Below are positions 56,255 to 64,000 of a stretch of 64,000 nucleotides of DNA, piece after piece. The stretch lies in the IMG/VR virus record IMGVR_UViG_3300030331_001986. One strand, given 5' to 3'. The first letter of the stretch is position 1. The number at the start of each line of letters is the position of its first letter. The DNA comes from an uncultured virus (IMG/VR IMGVR_UViG_3300030331_001986). Its lineage: Duplodnaviria > Heunggongvirae > Uroviricota > Caudoviricetes. The notes under the pieces were generated by a model. The model did no database searches. It was not told the DNA's origin and worked only from the letters and a program-made list of their open reading frames with translations. Position numbers and translations under genes: made by a program.

Positions 56255-57606
56255 ACCACTACTCCTGTTTCTAATCTATCCATAACACTCATTTTATTAT
56301 TCTCTTTATATTTAGCAATATTCTCCACATCTATACCATCCTTTGAAAAGTCATAATTAACATGGTCTGCGTGGTTGGCCCATTTCATCAACTTAAATAA
56401 TTCTTGCATTCTTTCTTTAGCCCAAGATTGTTTTTTATGGTTTTTCTTTATACGAATCAACTCTGTAAGAATATCAGCATTATCTCCTTTCATTCTATAG
56501 TGTGGCCTAGTTTTTGAAATCAACTTAGTAATATCATCTTGAGAATAAAAGTTTAACCTTTGAACAGCCCTAGTTGCTTGTGGAGATTTTTGGTCTAAAT
56601 GTAATTTTCCAAACCCTAGTTCTTTATGTAATTCAGTTACGAATGCTTTACCCCTATTACCCGTAGCAATAATTCCAATTCTAGGATTATAATTTCTATC
56701 CATAGTTATGTAACCATCTGAATCTATAAAGGCCGCAGTATAAGCATAAAGGTCTTTTTTAATTTCCATAGGTAATTTATAATATTCCCCATCTATATTA
56801 GTGATATTCATTTTATCTGCTATTTTACAGATAATTTGTGGAGAAGCCCTTCTATGTAATTTAGTTGGTAATCTATCATATATTTGTCTAGCGGATATTC
56901 CTTGTTCATTACATACTGATTTTAAAACAAAATCATCTAGTTGTTTAGAAATATTTGTTTTGATAACTTGATTAGGAATATTAGTTACTATTTTTCTAAA
57001 CTCTCTTTTAGAATTAGTCATTGTTTTAGTTAAAGAAGAATAATTAGAATTATAATTGTTACCTCTATGTAATTCTGCCTCCCAAAATTTACACAAACAC
57101 TCTATAATATCTCTTCTAGTTACTTCATCTTTAATAGAGTGTATTTTCTTTAAATCATTTTCTGTATATCTCATTTGTCTAAGGGGAGTTTCATATGGTG
57201 CTAACCAATAAATAGATTTTATACAATCCGATAGATGATTAGAATAAGCGACAATTAAATTTTCTATTCCCTTAGTGAATTCTAATTTATTATCTCCTTT
57301 TAATTTTCGTCTATACTTTTTTAAATCTTTAACAACTTCAGGAATTGATTTGTTTTCGATTGTATATTGTTTTGGAAAAGAATCTAATTGAGATTTTGCT
57401 TCTGTAATATTCATATTATATTTTTTAGAAACACTCATTGCTACTTCATAATCACTCATAAGAGGTAAAGTTGAAACCCATTTATCAACCGTTTCTAATT
57501 GGTCTTTTATCTCTTGTTCTCTATCCTTTAATTCTGCCAATTCATTAACCCGCTGTGCCTCTTCTCGAAGTTTATCCCCTTCTTCACTTTTAGAAATTAA
57601 GTCCAA
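56251..57606 (-). CDS. Helical/wHTH protein fused to a LAGLIDADG endonuclease domain
   Basis: YAYTAAFIDSDGYI, HKELGFGKL; GISARQIYDRL wHTH-like segment. Confidence 0.8.
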   Translation of the reverse strand: MDLISKSEEGDKLREEAQRVNELAELKDREQEIKDQLETVDKWVSTLPLMSDYEVAMSVSKKYNMNITEAKSQLDSFPKQYTIENKSIPEVVKDLKKYRRKLKGDNKLEFTKGIENLIVAYSNHLSDCIKSIYWLAPYETPLRQMRYTENDLKKIHSIKDEVTRRDIIECLCKFWEAELHRGNNYNSNYSSLTKTMTNSKREFRKIVTNIPNQVIKTNISKQLDDFVLKSVCNEQGISARQIYDRLPTKLHRRASPQIICKIADKMNITNIDGEYYKLPMEIKKDLYAYTAAFIDSDGYITMDRNYNPRIGIIATGNRGKAFVTELHKELGFGKLHLDQKSPQATRAVQRLNFYSQDDITKLISKTRPHYRMKGDNADILTELIRIKKNHKKQSWAKERMQELFKLMKWANHADHVNYDFSKDGIDVENIAKYKENNKMSVMDRLETGVVV

Positions 57607-59041
57607 ACGCTCCCCCTCCTATAACAGTGGCCTGTGGTTGCTCATTATCAAATATTGCCATGTCGTCTAATAATATAATTGATTCTAACATATCATGTGT
57701 GGCAGAATTAGCAAGAGCGAGTCCCATAACTAAGTCATCGTGCGCACCCACCCCTTCAAACTTTCCACTGTCAGTAATACTAAACATAGATAATTCTTCT
57801 ATAATGTTATCAGTCACCTTTCTCGATTCATCATTTCCTCTAGGGAATACAATCTTAGCGTTTTCTATATTCATTTGTAAATTAAGAATGATTTCTTCTT
57901 TCTTCCTACGAGTCATAGTAACATCTCTAATGTTTAAATCAGTTTCATTACGCAACTCTTGAGTAAAGGATTTAGCAAATGTATTTGTTTCAAAATAAAT
58001 TACATCAGGTTCAAATAATTGAGCAACCATTTTTATTTTATTTATATTATCTCTAAACTCTACATTCTTTTGTCTATCAACATAAATAATTCTTTTATTT
58101 CTTTGTTCGTCTACTTCTAAAACCATAATAACATTATAATCACCATCAGTAGAAATAGCAGGGTCAACCCCTACATAGTAATTATACCCCGAATCCTTTC
58201 TATGTCTTAACCGTAGAATATCCTTTTTTCCCGCTTCTTTGCATGCATCTATATGTTCTTGAGCAAATAAGGCAGTCCCAGTAGATATAGGAATACAAAG
58301 ATATTCTCTTGTGAATTTCAATGAACCCACTTCTTTTTTTCTTTGCATTAAAGAATCATAATCCCAACGAGAAGGCCATAGTGGTTCATTGTTTTGATTT
58401 AAACAAGGATAGTTCCTAACAGTATAAACTTCTGAATATTCTTCACTGGCTAATAAACTAAAAATATCTGTATAAGTAAAAGGCGTTCCAATCATTCTGA
58501 GACTAGCAGTATGATGAAGTGTGGGAATCATATCACCAAAAAACCAATCTGTAACTTTTTTAATAGCGGTGAGACTAAACTCTTTTAGAGGGTCATCAAT
58601 AATTATTTCTTGTGGGTGAAGCCCTCTAATTTGAGAGCCTACTGAACGTTCTAAAATTGAATTACCATTAGTAAGAGTAATGTTCCCTACAGCCCATCCT
58701 CTTGATGGCCGAAAATGAGCAATAGTAGGGTTGTTAAACAGTTTATCTATATCTCTCATGTGGACCATAGTTTGCTTATGATTAGAAGAAATGTATAACA
58801 TTTGATAAGGAGCAGGTTGAAAACATAACTGCCATACTGCCCATGAATGCATGAATACAGATTTTCCATGGTCACGACTACAAATAATAACCGTTCTATC
58901 AGTTTTATTCATTAAGTCTAACCACTCTTGATGAAAAGAGGTAAATTCAAAGCCTAATACTTCTGTAAAAAAATAAGGAAAGGAATTTTTAGATAACTCT
59001 AAATCCATATTTCTACTAAAGTCTAAGTCTTTTATTTCCAT
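57590..59041 (-). CDS. terL: Terminase large subunit
   Basis: SRDHGKS Walker A, IIIDDP Walker B, IGTP, GVDPA, HDDLVM. Confidence 0.95.
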   Translation of the reverse strand: MEIKDLDFSRNMDLELSKNSFPYFFTEVLGFEFTSFHQEWLDLMNKTDRTVIICSRDHGKSVFMHSWAVWQLCFQPAPYQMLYISSNHKQTMVHMRDIDKLFNNPTIAHFRPSRGWAVGNITLTNGNSILERSVGSQIRGLHPQEIIIDDPLKEFSLTAIKKVTDWFFGDMIPTLHHTASLRMIGTPFTYTDIFSLLASEEYSEVYTVRNYPCLNQNNEPLWPSRWDYDSLMQRKKEVGSLKFTREYLCIPISTGTALFAQEHIDACKEAGKKDILRLRHRKDSGYNYYVGVDPAISTDGDYNVIMVLEVDEQRNKRIIYVDRQKNVEFRDNINKIKMVAQLFEPDVIYFETNTFAKSFTQELRNETDLNIRDVTMTRRKKEEIILNLQMNIENAKIVFPRGNDESRKVTDNIIEELSMFSITDSGKFEGVGAHDDLVMGLALANSATHDMLESIILLDDMAIFDNEQPQATVIGGGAFGLNF

Positions 59042-59042
59042 A

Positions 59043-59594
59043 TTAATCACGCAACATTTTCATCCATTTAGAAATAGACCAACTTTTTCCTCCCCCTTCA
59101 TAATTATCCTTGAAATGTTGAATGACTTCATCGGGAATTACATTATGTCTATCGGGATTAAATCTAGGTCTAGGGTTAAACAACTTACTACCTGCGGCTG
59201 TATAACCTGCAATAGTGGGAACATCGGGTTTATTTTGTATGGCTTTTGTTCTTGCTTTACTTCCATATCCTTTACCAGCAATCACAGTTCGGGTTCCCCC
59301 TTTATATGCAAACTGCTTTCCGTCTTTACCTTGTCTAACGGCGAAACCACTTATAGCAACTAATCGTGCTTTACCATTTTCATTAATAATTACACCATAC
59401 CAATTTTCAACGGGGTATTTAGAAGTACCTTCGTTTTTAACATTACGCATAATATAAGGGTTATCAGGATTGCTGGCGTTCCACATTTCTTGGACTTTAC
59501 TTTCGCTTGGTCCTAAATCAATAATGACTTCTTCTTGATTGCCTAAAAGTTCTTTTAATCTATCATGGAACTTTAAAGTATCAAACCAATCCAA
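59043..59594 (-). CDS. GNAT-like acetyltransferase with MDWFDTLK leader
   Basis: LVAISGF...AGKGYGSK acetyl-CoA loop, YTAAGSKLF; probable TTG start after a GGTGA SD. Confidence 0.5.
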   Translation of the reverse strand: MDWFDTLKFHDRLKELLGNQEEVIIDLGPSESKVQEMWNASNPDNPYIMRNVKNEGTSKYPVENWYGVIINENGKARLVAISGFAVRQGKDGKQFAYKGGTRTVIAGKGYGSKARTKAIQNKPDVPTIAGYTAAGSKLFNPRPRFNPDRHNVIPDEVIQHFKDNYEGGGKSWSISKWMKMLRD

Positions 59595-59599
59595 GTAAA

Positions 59600-59887
59600 T
59601 CACCACAACTTCTTACATGCTAAACATTTAGGAGTTGTGATTTTACCTTTACATTGGTCGCAGTTATGCCTTGCCCTAAAGTTGGCTCTGCGCTTACTAC
59701 TTCTATGAGTTCCACCGCCACGATTTTTACCTTTACGCTTATAATTACCATAGCCCTTTGCACCAGCGTGAATCTTTTTACCTTCATGTGTTAACATCAT
59801 TATTTTTTTACCTTCTCTATCACTAGGATAAACTCGACCCACTCTCATATCCTTTTTATCTTTTTTAAGTAAGTCGAACCAATTCAC
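59600..59887 (-). CDS. Basic DUF5754-like protein with MNWFDLLK leader
   Basis: SDREGKK...IHAGAKGYGNY...RRANFRARH. Confidence 0.65.
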   Translation of the reverse strand: MNWFDLLKKDKKDMRVGRVYPSDREGKKIMMLTHEGKKIHAGAKGYGNYKRKGKNRGGGTHRSSKRRANFRARHNCDQCKGKITTPKCLACKKLW

Positions 59888-59891
59888 AATA

Positions 59892-60230
59892 TCACAATCC
59901 GTCCATTAAAATGATATCTCCGTCTTTATGTGTTTTCACATTATCCATTGAATTAAGCACCGCTTTACATTCTTTTTTAGATAATCCAGTGGCTTTGCAT
60001 AAAACATCTAGTCCAGCGGCCCCACCTTCTTTCTTTAAAGTTCTAATAATAATTGGTTTTGGGTCAGCCTTTTTCTCTCTTAGTTGTCTAAAGTCTTCTC
60101 CAGTTATTTTACCATCACCATCAGCATCTATTCTTTTTTGGTTGCCGACCAATGCTTTCTTTTCCTCTTCATCATCATCATCTACTTTATGTGTTCCACA
60201 ATGCATTTTCAATACATCTTCCCATGTCAT
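59892..60230 (-). CDS. EF-hand-like plus wHTH-like small protein with MTWEDVLK leader
   Basis: GNQKRIDADGDGKITGEDF; KKEGGAAG domain. Confidence 0.7.
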   Translation of the reverse strand: MTWEDVLKMHCGTHKVDDDDEEEKKALVGNQKRIDADGDGKITGEDFRQLREKKADPKPIIIRTLKKEGGAAGLDVLCKATGLSKKECKAVLNSMDNVKTHKDGDIILMDGL

Positions 60231-60733
60231 TTTTTATCACCTCTCTTTTTTTCCATTTCAGGATGGAATTTCATTGTTACCTTCTTAGCATCTTTTTTAA
60301 TAGATACTCCATCGACTAATACTTCAACTGGATAAGGCTCATGTTTACCTGCCCAATATGCCATATCATAGCCTCCATTTTTTAATAATTTAACAAGTAA
60401 TCCTCTATCATAATCTTTATCCTCTGCTTTCAACACTTTTTGTTTACCTCTAGGTAATATCAAATCAATACTTTTCTTAGATAATTTTGGTTCATGAGTA
60501 TAAAAATCTCCATTAGAATGTTCATGAATAGTTCCCCTCTTTTTCATATCTTCAAGAACCATCTTTAACTTTTTGGGGGAACCTATTCCCTTTAAATTTT
60601 TCATACCTAAAGCCCCTCCTTCTTTTTTAACTTCTGCTAAAATCTTTTTTTCCATGTCTTTACATTCATCATGAGTAATGGTAGTTTCTCCATCTTTTAG
60701 TTCTCGTTTTATTAGTATATCTTCCCAATTCAT
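60227..60733 (-). CDS. Small protein with MNWEDILIK leader, sharing the KKEGGA domain
   Basis: ILAEVKKEGGALG...HSNGD. Confidence 0.7.
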   Translation of the reverse strand: MNWEDILIKRELKDGETTITHDECKDMEKKILAEVKKEGGALGMKNLKGIGSPKKLKMVLEDMKKRGTIHEHSNGDFYTHEPKLSKKSIDLILPRGKQKVLKAEDKDYDRGLLVKLLKNGGYDMAYWAGKHEPYPVEVLVDGVSIKKDAKKVTMKFHPEMEKKRGDKK

Positions 60734-61185
60734 GCTTTCATCCTCTGTGTTTTTCTCTTGCTAGATTCCTTTCGGGATAAAGCAACCTTATGAGCCGCAT
60801 TTAATCTCTTTTTCGCTTCAGGGTCTTTAGCCCTTCTAGCGGCAACTCTCGCTCTTTGTTCCACTAAGTTAATAATTTGTGACTGCCTTTTATGTGGTTT
60901 ATTTTTAAATGCAGAACTGGAAAATGTTTCTCTAACATCCTGTGCTGTTCTAAATTTTACAGGTACAGTATCTTTTGGATTCTCATCAGTGTATAACCTT
61001 CTAGTAGAACCCTGCGGTTTTTTACCCGTACCTTTTCTTGGTTCCTTTTTTAAAATATCTTGCCAACTTTTCTTTACATAACCACTAGCATAGGCCGCTT
61101 GAGCAACTTGTTGTGCCTTTTTCTTAGTTTTGAATGGACCCTTAGAACCCCAATAGTATCCATTCTTTCTTTTAGTTATAGGCAT
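60730..61185 (-). CDS. Basic protein with internal KSWQDILK motif
   Basis: RLYTDENPKDT...EQRAR. Confidence 0.7.
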   Translation of the reverse strand: MPITKRKNGYYWGSKGPFKTKKKAQQVAQAAYASGYVKKSWQDILKKEPRKGTGKKPQGSTRRLYTDENPKDTVPVKFRTAQDVRETFSSSAFKNKPHKRQSQIINLVEQRARVAARRAKDPEAKKRLNAAHKVALSRKESSKRKTQRMKA

Positions 61186-61190
61186 AATAA

Positions 61191-61463
61191 TCACTTTTGG
61201 CTAAACTTCTTTCCTGTTGGTATATGTTGTTTACCTTGTTTTCTTCCTTTTCTTTTCTTTCTATCTTGATAATCTAAAGTCTTTTTAGGAGTTTTTTGAT
61301 ATGTTGCTTTTGGCATATATCTTCCTTTTGTTTTAGAAGGTACTTTTTTTCCTTTGGCTTTTGCTCTATGTTGTTCTTGGCTACCCCACTCTTCATCGGT
61401 CCAAGTGGATAAGTCTTGTTGCCTTTTTGTTTTGGCTTTTAAGACTTCTTGCCATTTAATCAC
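61191..61463 (-). CDS. Basic protein, DUF5872-like C-terminal half
   Basis: KWQEVLK leader; QQDLSTWTDEEW, GRYMPKA. Confidence 0.65.
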   Translation of the reverse strand: MIKWQEVLKAKTKRQQDLSTWTDEEWGSQEQHRAKAKGKKVPSKTKGRYMPKATYQKTPKKTLDYQDRKKRKGRKQGKQHIPTGKKFSQK

Positions 61464-61665
61464 GATAGCCGCCACCCGCTTTCTTGTAGGCTTGAGCCAA
61501 CATTTGTGCTTTTCGTGCTGACCATTTACCAGCAGGGCCACCTTTACTACCTGCCTTTATACGATTAAAAATTCTTTTACGCATAGTAGGTTTGGTATAA
61601 TTACCAGCCTGATTAACAGTAGATTTTTTCTTTTTCTTTTTCTTTAATACTTCTTCCCAGTCCAT
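61456..61665 (-). CDS. Basic protein, DUF5872-like N-terminal half
   Basis: MDWEEVLK leader; NYTKP...GGPAGKWSARKAQMLAQAYKKAGGGY. Confidence 0.7.
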   Translation of the reverse strand: MDWEEVLKKKKKKKSTVNQAGNYTKPTMRKRIFNRIKAGSKGGPAGKWSARKAQMLAQAYKKAGGGYRD

Positions 61666-61669
61666 TTTA

Positions 61670-64000
61670 TCACCTAAACATTGCTTTAATTGTATACACC
61701 ACTTCTTCATTTATTCCATAATTTCTTGAAATAGATTCGTAAGAGGAAACCGCCTTAACTATTCTATCAATTTCAGTGGCAGTTAAATCCATCCTATGTT
61801 CTTTATGTATTTTATTAATAACTAAACCCATCTGGTCTACATCTGTTAATGATAGATAAGATTTAACAATAGGTTTATTTTCCATTTTTCTAATAGTATC
61901 ATGAGCATACAACAAAGACTCATTTATTTCATCCATTTTATGAAACTCATCAAATAATCTATCTAATCGCAATAAGGACTCATATAAATCTTCATCCATT
62001 CCAATCGCTAAATTTTTCTCTGCTCTAGGCAATGAACCCCCTTCACCAAATACATCGGGGTCACGTTTTGGCGCACCTGCTCTATAACTACTAATGCCAA
62101 AGAAGGCCGTAAACTCTGGAAGATTAATAGCGTGTCTTAACATATCTATTGGGTAATTTTTACCTCTTCTATCTTTATCAGGTTTTAAATCACCAAAAAA
62201 TCTTTGCATTGCCTTTGTTTGATTTTTTATATCAGCGGTGGGCATAGCACCTTTAATTACATTTAGAACAGAAATTTTATTCTTTTTATCGAACTGTTGA
62301 CCAAATATTTCATTTAATGCTTTTGAAGCCCTTCTAGCGGCTCTAAATAAACTACTTTCATCATCTACTAAAGTTCCCCTTGTTGCTAAACGCATGAAGG
62401 CAATTAATGACTCAACATCTTTCTTCCTTATATCATCCATTCCTTTATCTAATAGAGAACCAATAGGACTTACTAATTGCTCTTGTTTATCTCTAACCAT
62501 TTTAGATAAATTTAACCAAGCGTTTCCTGTTGACCATCTTGGCCTTTCTTTTGCCTGAACATAAAATTTTCCAGATAAAGGCTCAATATAATATTCATAC
62601 ATAGCCTCCATTAAATTATTCCAAGATTTAGTTAGTTCGGTTGGTAATTTTCTATTAATACCTTGAGAAGTTATTTGTTTTATAGCGCCAAAAGTGCCAC
62701 CTAATGCGCTATCTCCTTGGTCCTTTTCTGATATTTTTTCGTTATAAACATCAAACGCATCTCTAATTTCTTTCCCAAATATAGTAAGAACTTCTAAGAA
62801 ATCTTCAGTCATCTCATTGACTTCATCAAGATATTCTTCACTAACTATATTTCGTTGTTTCTTACCCTTTTTACCTCTAGTAAATTCTTGAAAGAAAAGT
62901 TCACTATCTTTTGGCTTTTTAGTAGAAGTTTCATATATTTCTCCTGTTCCTGTTTTTACTTTCAATTCTATAACTTCTTTAGGCTGTTGCCTTGCGTAAT
63001 ATTCATCTTCTATAAATGGAGATATAGGCAAATAATAAGGAGCCTTTTTCCTAGTCATAGATATGTTATTTTCCCACTCATCGAACTTAGAAATAAACTC
63101 ATCAGTTAATTGTTGGTTTTCTTTAAATATAGGCATCATTGATAATAAAGACCTATATTCTCCGCCACCAATAAGTAAATTTCTAAGTTTTCTTAAATCC
63201 CCCATAGGTATAGGCATATCTTCATACTCATCACTGTATTTGTACCAAAAGATAGGGTCAACTGGTAAGGCTTTAGTTTTCTTAGCAGTTAATTTTATCT
63301 TTTCAGTTTCATCAACTACTTCTTGCACTGCTGGATTCATAGAAGCAGTTTCTACAAACGTAGGACGGTCTTCTTCGTGTAAAGTATCGAAGACATCCTC
63401 ATGTTCTACGTTTTCTCCTACTCTTTCATCTTCTTTACCAGCAACTTCCACTTCTGCGCCACTTATATCTTCATCTTCGGATATACCTTTTAACTCCATA
63501 AACTTACCAATTAACTTTAGAGCAAGTGGAAGTCCTTCTTCTATCTCCATAGAAAAACTATTTAATTTTAAAACATAGTTAGGTATAATTATATCTCCTT
63601 GTAAATATTTTTTCTGATATAATTCTCGAACTTCACTTAATGCCTCTTTTAAAGTTTCATCATCTTCACCATTTCTTTTCTTATCATCAAGTAATGCGTT
63701 TGCATCTTTATTAAATTTATCAAAAGCAGTGATAACTTTATCGTGTTTTTTATGTATTCCTTCCCAGTAATCGTATATCCTTTCTCTAGTTTCCCATCTA
63801 CCAAAAGGTAAATTACCAATCTCTTCTATCCAACCTAAATCTATTTTTTTCCTTGTATCTTTGACTCTAGCCTGTTCTAATTTTAACTTTCTTTTATCTA
63901 ATAATTTTTTTAGTAAATTAATATTATTATTTATATCTCTTTTCTGAGCATCATCTTTAACTGCTGGATGACCAGATTGTGACAAATCCGTTAAAATATT
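61670..64000 (-). CDS. Large hypothetical protein with C-terminal HTH (5'-truncated)
   Basis: Frame is open to the window edge; SYESISRNYGINEEVVYTIK. Confidence 0.7.
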   Translation of the reverse strand, partial: NILTDLSQSGHPAVKDDAQKRDINNNINLLKKLLDKRKLKLEQARVKDTRKKIDLGWIEEIGNLPFGRWETRERIYDYWEGIHKKHDKVITAFDKFNKDANALLDDKKRNGEDDETLKEALSEVRELYQKKYLQGDIIIPNYVLKLNSFSMEIEEGLPLALKLIGKFMELKGISEDEDISGAEVEVAGKEDERVGENVEHEDVFDTLHEEDRPTFVETASMNPAVQEVVDETEKIKLTAKKTKALPVDPIFWYKYSDEYEDMPIPMGDLRKLRNLLIGGGEYRSLLSMMPIFKENQQLTDEFISKFDEWENNISMTRKKAPYYLPISPFIEDEYYARQQPKEVIELKVKTGTGEIYETSTKKPKDSELFFQEFTRGKKGKKQRNIVSEEYLDEVNEMTEDFLEVLTIFGKEIRDAFDVYNEKISEKDQGDSALGGTFGAIKQITSQGINRKLPTELTKSWNNLMEAMYEYYIEPLSGKFYVQAKERPRWSTGNAWLNLSKMVRDKQEQLVSPIGSLLDKGMDDIRKKDVESLIAFMRLATRGTLVDDESSLFRAARRASKALNEIFGQQFDKKNKISVLNVIKGAMPTADIKNQTKAMQRFFGDLKPDKDRRGKNYPIDMLRHAINLPEFTAFFGISSYRAGAPKRDPDVFGEGGSLPRAEKNLAIGMDEDLYESLLRLDRLFDEFHKMDEINESLLYAHDTIRKMENKPIVKSYLSLTDVDQMGLVINKIHKEHRMDLTATEIDRIVKAVSSYESISRNYGINEEVVYTIKAMFR

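Overview
This is a gene-dense, AT-rich 64 kb piece of a tailed archaeal virus genome (Caudoviricetes, siphovirus-like). It most resembles the marine 'Magroviruses' of Marine Group II/Poseidoniales; that is inferred from gene content and GGTGA-type Shine-Dalgarno sites, not from a database search. The + strand (1-17830) carries an almost complete archaeal-type replisome: ATP-dependent ligase, RFC large and small subunits, SSB-like protein, Sak4/RecA-like ATPase, sliding clamp, a PolB split in two around an HNH endonuclease, Cas4-like nuclease, PriS-PriL primase, XPF nuclease, MCM-like helicase and a DEDD exonuclease. The - strand (18122-64000) carries the morphogenesis module: terminase, portal, protease-scaffold, MCP, adaptor, tail tube, frameshifted tail chaperone, tape measure, a 3353-aa tail protein and a tail fibre. 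Highlights: (1) an Arf-like small GTPase in a cassette with membrane proteins, where a lysis/egress module might be expected; (2) about 10 unrelated small proteins sharing an N-terminal M-x-W-x-x-(V/I/L/T)-L-K leader that resembles the scaffold C-terminus, a candidate capsid-targeting signal; (3) an unannotated 27-aa peptide made of two tandem PIP boxes; (4) the genes-in-pieces PolB with a YAHTDS motif C; (5) two copies of a structured intergenic RNA-like motif; (6) a second DNA ligase inside the head module. All family calls come from motif recognition by eye.
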